DNA of 64,000 nucleotides from Eledone cirrhosa (GCA_964016885.1 OZ024740.1:49910001-49974000), one strand, 5' to 3'; positions 27,494-42,984 are shown, counted from the first letter of the stretch. The notes: generated by a model not told the origin, from the letters alone. Program-made: numbers and translations.

Positions 27494-27532
<39 letters not shown>

Positions 27533-27533
<1 letters not shown>

Positions 27534-27722
27534 GGTGGTGGATTGGCAGTATCGGTAGAGAGTCGGACACCATGCTTTGAAGCATAGAGTTACGTCCCTT
27601 TATGATCTGAGTTCAAATCCCGCCGAGGTTAACTTTGCCTTTCATCCTTACGGGGTCGATAAAATAAAGTACCAGTAATGCACTGGGTAATTGCTGGCCT
27701 TGTGCCTAAAGTAGAAACAATT
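27533..27722 (+). mobile_element. tRNA-derived SINE (Meta-domain-like)
   Basis: A box tggcagtatcgg; B box gagttcaaatcc; gcctttcatccttacggggtcgataaaataaagtaccag; (TTA)n tail. Confidence 0.8.
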
Positions 27723-29007
27723 ATTATTATTATTATTGTGGCCAATAAATGAAACTATTATTATGATTCATACACTCGATAATCGAGTGCAATCAAAGGC
27801 TTCATGAGCCAACAAACCTGTGTAATCGATATACTGGGTAGGCATTATTTGGGAAAGAGTTACTTTGAGTAGGAGAAAGGTTGGGGGTAGGATAAAAAGA
27901 GAAAGGCAACAGAAGATATAAAATTGGTATGCCCTTTAAACCTGTCTTAAATAATTCGGTTTTGAATGGGTTCGTACAGATTGTATAGAAGTCGTTTAGA
28001 ATTCGGGCACAGAAGAACAATAACAACTACAACAAATACTCAGAGAAAGTTCTTTTAGCTGGGCAATCGATGGTTTCTGTCGCATCTGTAGCTAAAAACA
28101 ATATACACTATTTAGAGTAGATTTATGGGGGTGACTATTACACAGATACCACTTTGAAGGAGCTGAAATTCATACTACAATCTGAAATACCATATTAATA
28201 AGCAATTAATTATAGTAGTAATATCAATATTCCTACGCATCAAAGCGCATTCATACTACCAAACACATAAACATGGCCGCGTGGATCAGTAGATCAGCAG
28301 TACTTTATTAGATAGTTTTTGATGATATGAAACTGATAGTAATAATATCAAACACTAGACTTGTTATGATTTTAAATTACTGAAACGTAACATGGCTACC
28401 GTAACTTCTCATTCAGAAATATGATAGTTATACCGATCTAGCTTATAGAAGAAATGATGGTGTGATATACTGACCCAATATTTATATAATCTTAATGAAT
28501 TTCGTCCTTGTTGCATTGGTATCTGTGACTGTCTACATGAATTCAGTTGCAATGGTTTACCTTAATAATTATTATCACTACTGGTATTTATGATACCGAA
28601 GTGATGCAGCCATTTTTATGATCTCGCAGGGAACTATTTAGTAGGACGTATCCATACGTGCATCAGAACATAATATAGCGTTGACAAATTGTTCAGGATA
28701 ATATCTTGATTCACAAATATTGATCTGTTGTCCACAAAAAGCTATGGTTGACTTTGACATGAGATGCATGGAAAAATTTAAATTTTGAAACAAAAAACAG
28801 GGTGTCGACTTTTACACGAATATATACTGTATATATATACAAGTTTGTGTACAAACGAAAGAAAAGAGCAATCAATACATAATGTGTCAATTGAGAATAG
28901 TAACTTATTTTTATATTGCGAAACGGTTTCGTGGCCATAAATACACTCAGTTCCTTCAGATGCTATAAGATTATCTGTTGTCACTACAGCGTCAATGCAT
29001 GCAAAAG

Positions 29008-29258
29008 TCTGGTATCTCTGTTGTTGGTGTAAGACTAAGTTCATCTGGTATGTATGTGGTGTAAGGCTAAGTTCATCTGGTATGTATGTGGTGTAAGACT
29101 AAGTTCATCTGGTATAAATGTAGTGTAAGTCTAGGTTCATCTGGTATGTATGTTGTGTAAGACTAAGTTCATCTGGTATAAATGTAGTGTAAGTCTAAGT
29201 TCATCTGGTATGTATGTTGTGTAAGACTAAGTTCATCTGGTATAAATGTGGTGTAAGG
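29008..29258. repeat. 32-bp minisatellite, ~8 copies
   Basis: Unit tctggtatgtatgtggtgtaagactaagttca at 29044, 29076, 29108, 29140, 29172, 29204 and 29236. Confidence 0.92.
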
Positions 29259-32090
29259 TATTTTAAAATGCCAAATCACCAGATTCTTCGTTTCAAATTT
29301 CACTTTTTTATCGCATCTGAAAGGGCTGGTTGCATTTATAAAGAAGAAACCGTTTGGTAATGGAAAAAGAAGTCAAACTCTTAATACACACACACACATA
29401 CACACACACATAAATGTGTGTATATGTGTGCATGTGTGTGTGTGTGTGTGTAGGAGCTCGTCGGTGAATTGTAGTTCTAATTGAGAGCTTTGGCTTTGAC
29501 ATATTTTATCGCGTTGATTCGACTTGGGAATTACATTAAAGTTACAAGAGTCAGTATAATACTTAACCTCATGCACATTAATTTAATGAATAAGTAGTTC
29601 AGCTAATTGAACAACTGAATACTCTTCCTAAAACCGATAGAAATCCATCAGTCTGTTATAAATAGTAACGATATATTCACGATGATATACTGACAGGAAT
29701 GACTAAAGCCAGACTAGTGTCTAATACACTTACCGTTCAAAACACAGAATGTTATGCTATATATATCTATATACAGTTAACCCCAAACTTGCTAAGTAAG
29801 GAAGAAAGTTTTGTGAAATACTACAGTCGATAAATATAGACGCTTCAAAACTTTCAAGTTTGACTGACAACTTACTATCACTGATATTAATGGTACACGA
29901 GTGTAAAAATGGGTATCTTAATATAATGCAAACTAGATAAAGATGTCAGCTTCCCCCGTCGAATTTCAGTCGTAATAGTTCGACCTTGCAATATAACAAT
30001 AGAATATGGAAAGTTATTTTTGTACAACGAAATAGTGGCTAATTGACATTTTGACTAATAATTTTTTTACTTCATTTAAAGAGGAGCTGGAGAAAAAGCT
30101 GATTGCATATTATTTACACTAGCAGAAAACGCACCCTCCGAGTGGGTTTTCTGATAGCATGTGTAGTGTGCATATTGATATTATACACAAATATATATGC
30201 ATATGATGTCAAATAAAATCGTAATTGAGAATATGCACAGAAATTGAAGAGAGACTGTGTTATAGTGTCTTCTGTAATCAGTAAAGTAATCCAATAAAGA
30301 CGATATTATATATGAACTGCATTACGGCAACATTTTATGAAAACGAAAAAGAAGAAAATTAGCGACAGAAATATAACCTTTATATAACGATGCAAATATA
30401 TGAAGGTTTACGTAAGTGAGGTAATAAGTGTTATGATATAACGGGCGCTAACCGGAAGTTTAGACATTTGAAAATTTTAAAAGTCAATCTTAGAATAAGC
30501 AATCACTATATATAAGAGTATTTATGTTTAATCAACAGCTACGAAATTTAGTACATAAATTATGTAAATATTCGTTCATTATTTAATCAAAGTAATCTAA
30601 CTTATTTTAATAACGGTATAAAAAAATATATATTCAGGACACAGTCCTGTACTCCTCCCTTTATTATATTATATCATCAATTACATAAAAATTCATATGT
30701 TGTGACTTGTAATTCTCCCTCACTTGATCATGTGTCTTGAAGACACACATGCTTCGCCATGTTCGCAGATTTTAGAGAACTGATGCTTCGAATACGGAGA
30801 AACAACATCTCAATTCTAAGACATTTCTTAATGACTGAGAAAATTACATTACACTGGCGTACCGAATGTCCTAGTGATGAAGCACAGCGTTGCTAAATAT
30901 CACACGACATGCTAAATCAGACGTCTTTGAAGCTGTTTGTTTGAAGTTCGAAGTTCTTTTATTCACGTTAAAATCAGTTAAAATCACGTTAAATTCACGT
31001 TAAAGTCAGTTTAATCAAAAGAAATATTCGGGAAAATTTCAACTTCAAATAACTCGCATGTACTGTCGTGACTGTTCTGGTTACTGTGATGTCAACATCT
31101 ACAACAACTTCTTCTTCTTCCTCTTCTTCTTCTTCTATCTATAGTCAAATATGTTTTCATGACATGTCATGGTGTTATCGTTATTGTTGTTTAACCCAAA
31201 CTCGGCTCAAGGCAAACAGTCCTAGTGTAAGAAAGAACCAAGGGAATTTTTGTATTGAACATTGTTCAAATCCTTCTGTGCGTTGTTGTTACTGTGTAGG
31301 CTAAGCCAGCCGACCGTGGGCTTGTCTCTCAAAGGAAATCCTCTGTGTTTTGACAGAATGGAATCCCAGTCCAATCATAGCACCGTGTAATATAAGACAG
31401 GATTTTAACCCAGATAGCACAGAGCCGGAAAATATATAGCATAGCATCTTCGACGTTTTAACAATTACGCTAATCTACCGCTCCGGGCTGATATCATTTT
31501 TTATCGGCTTCCAGAAGATAAAGGAAAAGGTTGGCGATAGAAAACAAATATGGCAATGCATTATATATACTCTGTTTATTCACAATCTATGTGTGATTCA
31601 CTGAAAGAAATATTCTCAGCGACTCCATTTCAGCTCGTTCTATGAGTGCAACGCTAATATGGACTCAGCTTAATCGAATTATGCATAGATATACTTTAAC
31701 AAAATATAGAAAATAACCAGTCTGCCAGACATAGAGATTTGGATGGCAAACAGCATGAATGACGAACTGCTGATGACATCATTGACACTACCGCTACTTT
31801 TTAATGTATCAAATAATGCAATGATGTTTCGCGTGTATATATATATCTATTTAAATCTGATTCACAACCTCCGTTGAGGTGTGAATATTTACAATAAAAG
31901 GAGAAAAGAAATAACAATAAAATCGAACACTGATGTTCTCATTTGCAATATTCCATGATAAATCAATAAATTGCTCAAATACATTTGATTTATTCATCCT
32001 GCTTCCTTCTCGGTGGATGGTCCGTTTCATTGCCTTTGCTGTTTTAGTAACAAATAGTCGACTATACTTATAAATGTATGTGTATTAGTG

Positions 32091-33060
<970 letters not shown>

Positions 33061-33261
33061 CATATACATAAACTAGACAGAGCCATAGATATATATGTGT
33101 TTTGGCAACCATTCACGGTGATTCTATGGACGTACTTTCTTGTATATATATATATATATATTCATGTATATATATATATACATGTATATATACATGTAAA
33201 TATATGTGTATATATACATGTATATATATATATACATGTATATATAGATATATAGATATAT

Positions 33262-33518
33262 ATATCAAGTAAGTATGTTTTGAAACAGTGAGCAGGTTTG
33301 AAATTAGAAAATAGAATAGCTTTCACCGTATTTTTGACTAAAGGAATTTTAGCCTGATAATGGGGTTTAGAACCCTCAGATAAATGGAAAAAGATGAGTA
33401 TTGACGTCAATGTACGTCAATGCTCATCTTTTTCCATTTATCTGAGGGTTCCAAACCCCATTATCAGGCTAGGGTTCTAAACCCCATTATTTAGTCAAGA
33501 ATACGGTGAAAGGTATTC

Positions 33519-33528
<10 letters not shown>
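33262..33528. mobile_element. Family N fold-back in (TA)n (probable PLE 3' end; no clear HHR)
   Basis: Arms tagaaaatagaatagctttcaccgta.. / ..tacggtgaaaggtattctattttcta; centre ttgacgtcaatgtacgtcaatg; left arm ~40 bp longer. Confidence 0.7.
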
Positions 33529-33582
<54 letters not shown>

Positions 33583-33634
33583 CATATACATATATACATG
33601 TATGCATATATATATATCCATATAACCATATATA

Positions 33635-34767
33635 CAGGATGTCGTAAATATATATATATATATATATATAGTAATAATAATAAATTTGAAGACTAAAATC
33701 CAAAGAGGGCTCGATAAGGATAACTATATATCAAATATGTAAGAACCGTAGAGCAAATATTTATTAAAATAACAGATTAAAGTTTAAGCAAAGAATCGCT
33801 GCTTTCACCCTTAACGGGATCTTCTGAAACCAACAAAGTCAATCTGTAAACGCAGAACTGGATATTTCAAAAAACGTTGCAACCGGAGGAAGACAGGAAG
33901 ACGACACTTTGGTTCGTGGAAACGTTCGCTATGCAAATAAGTAATGGTATAAACAAAACATATACTTAGCTCCCACATCAAGACGTAAAATATCCACGTA
34001 TAGATCCTACTATCCGTTAGGGTATAACGAGGGGCTGTAATACAGGAAAGTTTTGTGCAATTTATGTTTACAAGCCGAAATTGCCTCAGATTTTTTGCTT
34101 AAGATGTGGTCTGTGGCGTAGAGTATTTCCAGGGCCTCAGCGGCGCAGAGGTCACATGGTCTTTTATTTCCGTTATACGATCTAGCCCAGCTAGATCGTA
34201 TAACGGAAATAAAAGTGTAACTTATATTGGGTGTGGTTGTCTTTTAGACTCCAGATATAAGCTGAAAATGATGTCATATTCCTTCTTAGAGGGTAACGAA
34301 AAGAATGGGTATGCATGTAAAGACGCTGCTTGAATCTATTGGCGGTTAACCCTATGTAGTCCCTACGGGAGGTGGGTGTTACAACCTTACATTTGTAGAC
34401 AATGTTACTAGAGAGGCATTTCCCGGATAGGGGGCAATCAACCCGATTCCTACAATTACAGTTAGTACTAACTACAGGGTTGCACGTGTTCCTACGGCTA
34501 GGTAGTTTAGCTAAATTTGAAGCTGTGATGTTATGTGCAAGGTTAGGAGTCATAGAGTAAGAAATTTTAATAGTATTTCTATTAAAAATGTTACTATATT
34601 TATGTGTAGGGGGAAAATGCTTCGTAATAAGGGAAAGAAAGATCTTAGCTAAAGGTGTGGCCACCTCCATATTATATATATATATGTATACACTGCACAA
34701 GCATTCTAATAAATATTGCCTGCACAGGTAATCAAAGTGTGTATACATTTTGGGGGGAGACATCCTG
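33635..34767. mobile_element. Tc1/mariner-type MITE remnant interrupted by the family C PLE
   Basis: TA-CAGGATGTC at 33633 and GACATCCTG-TA at 34759-34769. Confidence 0.45.
33670..34670 (-). mobile_element. Family C PLE, 5'-truncated, with GIY-YIG fragment (~34060-34665), variant HHR (33781-33832) and a 55-bp internal palindrome at ~34161-34215
   Basis: KHFPPTHKYSNIFNRNTIKISYS, CNCRNRVDCPLSGKCL, IVYKC..YIGLT; 3' end matches 10715-10873. Confidence 0.85.
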
Positions 34768-36786
34768 TATATGTACATATATGTACATCTATATTTATCT
34801 ATACATACATCTGTGTGTGTAAGCGTTTATAAAGACAGACGAACACACATATATGTATAATGTATACATATTTTTACATTGTTTGGTTGAAAACGTTTTT
34901 GTTATTCCGTTTTATTATTCAGCAAATATCTATTTTCCCCTTCGTGTTAACGAAAATGTTTTATTTGTTCTAAATATTAATTCTGCAAACATTTCCTTTT
35001 CACTGTTATATATAATATTTGTGTAGCTCATTCTTTCATTGTCTCCAACTTTTCTTCTTCGTTTTCCTTTTGTTATTTTGCATCTTTCCTTATCTTTCTA
35101 AACTCTCTAACTCAGGACATCATCTCAATAAATTGTTTTGAATATTAAAAAATATCATGGAAAACTAAGGTTATGGCTGTGACCAGCAGGAGATAAAACA
35201 GGGAGCGAAGAAATTAACAAGCGCTGATCATCTTGTCTGGTGTTGGTTAATGTTACAAGCTATCAAATCATCATTTGTTCCTATAGTTTTTAAGTTAATA
35301 TAAGTTCACGTACCATCAGGAGACCTGAATACTCACGTTTCGAGCAGGAGCTATAATACACCTTACATCACGGCCTGATTTACCATCATTTTACTGATGA
35401 ATATCATTTTTTGTTAACGTGGATTGCAGAGTTTTTATTCTTCTGTTTTTGGTTGCATTTCTAGATATTTTCAAACAATTTTTGCCATTTTGATGGATAT
35501 TTTTTTATATTCAATACTTCAAAGAGAAGTTGTTCTTTCATTTTGAAAAATTGGTTGTTTTATGAACATGCAGGACAATTAGGATGTGTAATTAGGGTGA
35601 AATATTCATCAACATCTAGAATAAATTTGATGTCATTTTTCCATGAAGTGGTACCATTACTAATTAGACTGTGTTTGTTCTCTTCTATTACAATGACGAC
35701 TTAATAGCTAATGTGACTTAGCAATGTCTTTAAATGATATCGACATTGGTAAGCAATGGTCAGCTTCTTGAATTATAGGTTCACCGTGATATATTCGTAT
35801 GTATGAAATGATTCTATTGTAAATCAACATACATATGTTTTGATATCAACGAAACAAGCTGTTGTACCTATTTACAGATAACCTGAATGATCTATTGGAA
35901 AGTTGCTATCTTCATATTAAACAAAGTTATTAGCTGGAGATACACGACCTATGGTTTCTAAACCGGCATCTCTGTTGGCTTTCACTTACTTTCATGGCTT
36001 GGTTTCAATGACCACACGTTAAATTCTTGAACAATTAGTTTAAAAGGTACATGATAAAGTTGAATCTTTTTATGTATTAAGGTTAAAACTATGCATCAAT
36101 ATTGTAGGAAGCAGAATCCTTACATTTAAGAGAATTTGAAGGTAACAAGAATAAAAAATAAAATGTAATCAATCCAACGAAGAAATCAATAACTAAATCA
36201 CTTGAGTTAATCACTCCACATGAACGTTGCATGAGATTAGTTTCTTGTGTGAGTGTATATGTGTGAGTATGCCTTTCTAGTGTATGCCTGTATTGTGTGT
36301 GAAATAAGACACTATTCACAAATATTTAATGATAGTCACACAGTTGCTATAATAATTGATCAGGCATGAATTAATGAAGAATAACATCAGCTGAACAGTC
36401 AAATTGTTTCATTTTTTTTTTATGGTTTCAGACTACTCTGATCACGATAATATAAGATTCTGAACCTAATCTAATAATTCTGATAAATATTTCAAATCTT
36501 GATACACCTTCCTTCGAGTAAACGCTAAGAGAATAATTTACTCAAACTTTTGTTTCATCACCTCATCATATAAATGGCACATTTGGGAAAATTCCCCCTT
36601 TTTTTCAAAATTGATATCACTTAAGTTTCCAGGAATTATGCTGTCGATATCGATTCACGTGGCTTCACATTGAGTGACTTAAAATGCATAGTAAAGAATC
36701 CAACTAATAAGTCTGTGCAAAAGAGATATCCTATTGTAATATTATTTATCCTATTACACATCACAACATGGAAAAGAATCAATGTA

Positions 36787-37006
36787 CGAGGGTTACTAAA
36801 AAGTTCCAGGCTTTAGGTAAAAGAAAATGCATGAGGGTCAGTTAATTATGATATTATTCAACACATTCCTCTCTTAGATTCACACACTTATTACAGCGGT
36901 CCTTCAATTTGTCTAAGCCCTGTAAAATGAACTCGGAAGGTTGGGCCTGCAACCTGACCCCTGTAGCAGCGATCAAGCCAGGAACTTTTCAGCACCTCCC
37001 CCCTCG
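36787..37006. mobile_element. Mariner-type MITE with TA target-site duplication
   Basis: ta-cgagggttactaaaaagttccaggctt ... aagccaggaacttttcagcacctccccctcg-ta. Confidence 0.8.
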
Positions 37007-37426
37007 TATCTTCAATACCATCTTTTATTTCATCGATCCTCGCTACGCAAGTACAATATTCCATTGAGGCGTGTCTTTGTGAAATGTTACCTAATTAAGA
37101 AATATATATTAAAATACTTCTCTAGCTAAATTACACCAGAAGGAAAATGCAAACACTTTATCTTTCATTAGTGATACGATTTCATTTGCCAACTCTACAT
37201 ACACTTCTAAAAATCTATTTTATTACAGTTTCTTATGCTTATCTTCAGGTAGAATTAAAATCGATATTAATCCCACACTCATCTTCTAAAGTTTCGATTG
37301 CTTTTCCCTAATCTTCACGTCGTTTATCAGTTTGTTTTTTATCGTGCGTTCCACAATTGTAACAATCTGACACAATTATTAATCACAATATAATTATTTT
37401 AACCAAAAGATAGAGTGGAAACTGCT

Positions 37427-37612
37427 TTGGATTTGCAGTATCGGTAGAGCGTCAGACACCATGCTTTACAGCATAGAGTTATGGCCCTTTACGTTATGAG
37501 TTCAAATCCCGCCAAGGTTAACTTCGCTTTTAATTCTTACGGCGTCGATAAAATAAAGCACAAGTAATGCACTGGGGTAATTTCTGGCCTTGTGCCAAAA
37601 GTAGAAACAATT
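37427..37612 (+). mobile_element. tRNA-derived SINE, same family as 27533
   Basis: gcagtatcggtagagcgtcagacacc..gagttcaaatcc..gtcgataaaataaag..ggccttgtgcc. Confidence 0.75.
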
Positions 37613-38901
37613 ATTTAACATTAATATTGGATACTTCCTCTCGTATTATTATTTTTGTTTTACTTGTTTCCGCCATTGCTTCGGAGCATATTCTAGAGTA
37701 TAGTCGATTAATTCAACACTAGTACTTATATTATGGACTCCAGGGAGACGTAGACCGCTTTCTGTTTCTATGAGCTTACTTTAAGTTACCATGCATTTAA
37801 AATTCATTATTCACTCAACGCATCTAAAAAATACGATTGTTTAAATATCACATTGTATTTCGTCCAACACTTTGCTTATTCTGCCATCCATGTTTGCAAT
37901 CTAGTTGTGAAGATACTGTAAATACGCTATAGTATTTTAATTACTTCTATAGTATCTGTATTAGTTCAAGTCTATCAATAATATATTGAAATCCCATTGC
38001 GTTCAACTATATTTACCGTTCCTGCAGAATCAATAAAATAAGAAATGTAATATATTGGTGTCGATCTAATATTCTCATAAATTGGGCTTTTGTCTTGTCA
38101 ATGAATCGATATCGTGTATCTGATTCATTTTAGTTTGAAAGCTTTCTCATCATTCAGACGATAATCCAATTGTTTCAATTTTGTCAAATCGTTTAACAGA
38201 GGAGTCGAATTATTTTACACTAAATAATAGATATGATTCGTCAAGTACATTTACCAGATAATTTCCAATTGCTTTTAAATTGGTTTACTAATTGTTTAAC
38301 AGCCAAAATGATAGCCTAGCACAAGGTTTAATGATGTAAAGCCTATTGATACATTGGCCTCATCTGCATCTTTCACCTAGTTTCCTTTCTGGATAACGGC
38401 TAAGTTATTAAACCGCTGATTTCTATTCATAGGTAGTATCCATAGTTAGTATTCATAAGTTCTATTTAATCATGTCGAAAGCAAAATCGCTAAACAGAAT
38501 TCAAAATTACTCTTGCATATAGAAAATTAATTTTTGTAGCAATTTAATTCTTTGATATTAATCTTATATTACTTCATTTGTTTCTAATTAAAAATAATTA
38601 TTAACGTTTCAACATCTACACTTTTATATTATTGAACGTGTGTTAATATAATACCTAAACCATTTTACTAACCGCCACCCATCCCCACTTCATCTGGGGA
38701 GAAAGATAGTATTATGATTGATATTTGATATTTCCAATTCATCTACTTCGTTTGAAAAAAATATTTTGAATGTAATAAAATCAATAGAATTATTATTGAA
38801 TTTGCTTCTTCCGTATGTGTGTCCAAACATTACACACTTGCTTAATATGTTTGCTAAACTCTAGAACCTCTGGCGTTAATTTATTTTATTATTTAGATAT
38901 T

Positions 38902-39098
38902 AGGGTGGTAGATTGACAGTATCAGTAGAGCATCAGACAGACACCAAGCACTTTATATTCTGAGTTTAAATCCGACCGAGGTTAACCCTAACCTTACGGG
39001 GTCGATACAATAAAGCACCAGTAATGGACTGGGGTCGATTTAATCTACTTTTCCCGCCCCTTCAAAATGCTGGCCTTGTGCCTAAAGTGGAAACAATT
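38902..39098 (+). mobile_element. tRNA-derived SINE, same family
   Basis: gggtggtagattgacagtatcagtagag..gagtttaaatcc..tacggggtcgata..ggccttgtgcctaaag. Confidence 0.7.
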
Positions 39099-39842
39099 AT
39101 TTATATATTTGCTTGTGATGTTTATTGTACTATTTACTCTGCAGTAGCAGCTACATACAAGCTCAAGTGGGTTTTTTATAACATGGTATTTAAACGAGGA
39201 AGGATTGAATCAGAAAGAAAACATAAAAATGGGATGATTTATTAAAGAAATATCACTTGATAAGAAAATATTGAATGATATAATATACAGTTCATGTTCC
39301 AAAAAATCAATTACATTATATTTCATGTAGAGAATATATCAAATAACATTGATTTTGTAAGATAGTACTTGTGAAGTTACGCAAGTGACACTTTACATGA
39401 AGTGTTCATACAACGTCACTGTGTAATGTAACATTTCATGGCTACCATTCAATGGGTGTATTTTGCATTTTTTTTCTTTCACTTTCATACATCTCATTAA
39501 CTACCTAAACACGATAGCTTACAACTGTGATATGTTCTTATTTTATCTTCCATTCCATCTAAACTTGTCTCTGTTCATCACGCACCAATTACATATGTCT
39601 ACCTCTCACTAGAAAATATTAAACAAAATACATTTCTTCCTTGTTGAAATTCTCTCTATCCTTCAGGATATGTTGCTGTATTTCAGCGAGAAACATATTC
39701 TCCAAACTTACTATCAACCGGAATATCTTGCTTCTATTCTTATCCTGCTTCGAGAGAACTTCTTTGGGTGCTGTGTCCTTTATACTTAAATATACATTTT
39801 GAAAAGATAAGAATAAACTAATCTGTTTCTATCTTATATATA

Positions 39843-40165
39843 ATTGTTTCTACTTTTGGCACAAGGCCAGCAATTATCCCAGTACATTACTGGTACTTTA
39901 TTTTATCGACCTCGTAAGGATGAAAGGCAAAGTTAACCTCAGCGGGTTAACTCTTTGCTACAAAACATGGCGTCAGACCCTCTACCGATACTGCTAATCC
40001 ACCGCCTAATTGCTTCTACATTTGGCACAAGGCCAGCAATTATCCCAGTACATTACTGGTACTTTATTATATAATTGTTTCTACTTTAGGCACAAGGCCA
40101 GCAATTACCCAGTGCATTACTGGTACTTTATTTTATCGACCCCGTAAGGATGAAAGGCAAAGTTA
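39843..40165 (-). mobile_element. Cluster of three SINE copies or fragments, same family
   Basis: Three repeats of tttctac..ggcacaaggccagcaatta..cagt.cattactggtactttatt. Confidence 0.75.
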
Positions 40166-41573
40166 TTATGTACAGTGTACAGGTGCACTACAAGGAAATA
40201 GCTATGTTTACTTTCTATGGAGTTTTAAAATAGTTTGTTATACGAGGGTCAATAGATTAGTAAAGTAAACATAACGTGTAAGAGAAGATTACAAAGAAAT
40301 GGGTAAAAACAGAAAAGGCAGCAGATGTGTTTGGGGAAAAAAATACGATATATGGGGAAAACCAGTACATAACGTAATAAATTATTATTCTTTAGGGAAT
40401 ATGTCTTTGATTGAGGATTTATGCGTTTATTTCTACTTGTGGCCACGAATAAGTTATTTACGACTACACAATCGATGTTCTTATGTGTTTAACTTAGAAT
40501 TTAAAAATATAATTCCGTAGAAATTATGTACAGATCCTACAGAAAAAAGTGAAATGAGCACAACTGAGATACAAATGCTTCGTTCCTCAAACATCTTCAG
40601 GTGACTCAATGCAAATAGAAATATTTTGTAAAAATAAAAATTTTCGAGAATAAATGAATTGGAAAATTAAGAAACAATATAACAAAACTGTTGATATTAA
40701 AAACTAGCTAAAGAATACTGTCATTGGGAATCTCTTCGAAATGATAGACTTGTATATATGCATATAGCTATGTTTATGGTAATTGTTTTCGAAACTAAAT
40801 ATATGTTTATAATTAATTGCATTTTATTTCGCTGGAATACTTTTATTCTCATGCTGTTTGCGTGGATATACGTTGTAAACACGAAAATGTGTTATAAAAT
40901 ATTGTACATAAAAGCAGAAAAGAATTGCCTTTCCATCTAGAAAAATTCTTGTCTACTTAATAATGTTTCTAAGAAATGGCTACCTCCAAACATATTTTAC
41001 TACAAAAGAATGTTAACATCTTATTACATTAGAAACTCTTTACAAATTCTTATATTTTGTATGCACGTTCGATTTCAATTTAAACCAGTATCTAAAGTAC
41101 ATATTAGACTCTGGGGATACAAATGGAGGAACATCTCGAAAAGAAGTTAAATATTTATGTTTTCATGTTGTGTTTTCTAAACGAATATATGCTAACCTTT
41201 ATGTATAGAGAAAATATGTAATTATATACTTGTGAGTGTTTGCGTTGGATTTCTGGCTATACTTCAGCAACTCAACTTACGCATGATGTCTATTATTTCA
41301 TGTATACAGTGTTGCGTTTTAATCTCAATTTTAAAGGGAAATCAATTTTCAGACACCATAGAGACACATAAAACTGTTGTAATGACGTTATATGGTTCTT
41401 GAAAGAGACATATACATCATGTGTTAAGTTGTAGTTGGAAAACATAAATGTAATTTTATAAAATAATATTATTTCATGTAAAATATAGAAATATAAATAC
41501 TACGTATTGATATTGCATGAACTTTCTTACTCAAAAGAGTAATTTAAAGTTGTTTTCAAGTGACACACACAGC

Positions 41574-41605
<32 letters not shown>

Positions 41606-41612
41606 TACATAC

Positions 41613-42262
41613 ATGGTGGCTGCCCCCTCGTTATCGAGTATGGCCATTATGCGCGATATACCATTATTAATAATTATTAATTATTCTATCGTGCAATGCC
41701 TGTGCATGAAGATATTTTTTTAAGTGAGGAAAGATTGTGCACTGAGCCAATCCCACTCTCTGAGCGACAGTAACTATAACCCGAAAAGAAGAAAAGATCA
41801 ACATCATCGGTAACTACTGAGCCGCAGGTTTTATATCGGAGTTATCCCAGTTTCCTGAGTTGTCTTCTCCTAGAAGAATGCCCTGACAAAGGCTAGGGGT
41901 CCTTCACTCCCAGTGGTTTAACCGCGCGGTACATGTGTATATACATATTTACACACATTTGGATGACCGTTGACTCTACAGGCAAACCAGGATACGGCAC
42001 TATTGCAGATGATATCGAGACTAAGGCGCTGAAATAGTCAAGTACCACCAGGAACTTTACCGGGTATATGCATGTATATATGTATATATATATATAAGTC
42101 GGGTCACTCTTGAGTGCTACTGGTAACATGTAACCCAGTACAACCTGTCGCATGGTCGGGTCGTCGGTGACTAAACCGGTAACCCCACCAAGTGATTTTA
42201 GACACCCTGCAGGACAAAAAACAAAACCTGACAAAGGGCGGAAGAACTCATAAGAGTCAACA
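41613..42262. mobile_element. Diverged family H fragments (3' part minus 41613-41925; 5' part plus ~42097-42262)
   Basis: Similar to 45463-46072: atggtggctgcc.., ttctcctagaa..tgacaaaggcta; gtgctactggtaacatgta.cccagtacaacctg. Confidence 0.6.
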
Positions 42263-42699
42263 TACATACATACATAAACGCTAATGGCGACCGTTGTGGT
42301 CAGTCCGATGATTGGACATATGTAATTACGGCTTATACGAAGACAACACACCATACATTGGAAAAGTTGAGCTAAATATTGCGGTAAGATTACATACAAT
42401 ATTTCTACATAAGTATTTGAACTGTAGATATATTGCAACACATCTATTTATATGAACAATACATAGATTTTAACGTATATACGTTATATAGATTTTATTA
42501 TATAAACGTTACATAGATTTTAACATATAAATACAGAAAAACGATTCACCAAAAAACAACAAAAACAAAAGGAAACGCTAAATATAACGTTTGAAATACA
42601 ATTGTAGAATTAAAAACTAGCTGAAAGGAAATATTACCCATACTGTGAACAACTTTAAATTTAATTATGACAAAACTTTGTCGTCGAAACTTTTAAAGA

Positions 42700-42915
42700 A
42701 ATTATACTTTGTTCCAAGCCGGTTGGTATATAACCTAATGATGGGTATGAAGCTGAAGGTGTATCTTGGCTACTAGATCTGCAAACTCCTCATCAATGGT
42801 CCGTAGATGTCCTCTTTCTCTTGTATTTTTCTTACAACGTTGACATCAAATGGGCAGCTGATCTCAATGTGTGGTCCCAAACAACAATATCAGGCCGGTT
42901 GTGCGTTAATTTGGT
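42700..42915 (-). pseudogene. Relic of a restriction-like endonuclease domain from an R4/Dong-type non-LTR retrotransposon
   Basis: Manual translation [52 protein letters not shown] (PD..E..K..Y motif); not in the ORF track. Confidence 0.7.
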
Positions 42916-42922
42916 GGCAGTT

Positions 42923-42984
<62 letters not shown>

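Larger units (their letters stand above)
21629..27494 (+). mobile_element. Full-length but degenerate L1/Tx1-type non-LTR retrotransposon flanked by (TTA)n
   Basis: ORF1 (zinc knuckle) followed by ORF2 (APE-RT-Zn finger); AATAAA at ~27483; (TTA)n at 21586-21628 and 27495-27532; GC content far above the surroundings. Confidence 0.92.

Noticed and set aside
27533-27625. tRNA gene
   Set aside because: The A/B boxes belong to a multi-copy SINE head; no full cloverleaf.
28950-29020. Possible small host exon (ttccttcag...CTG/gta)
   Set aside because: Only splice-like words; no recognisable peptide or partner exons.
29008-29258. CRISPR-like array
   Set aside because: Head-to-tail 32-bp repeats with no unique spacers, in a eukaryotic context; it is a minisatellite.
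40241-40275. Mariner-like TIR start tacgagggtc
   Set aside because: No matching partner TIR recognised.
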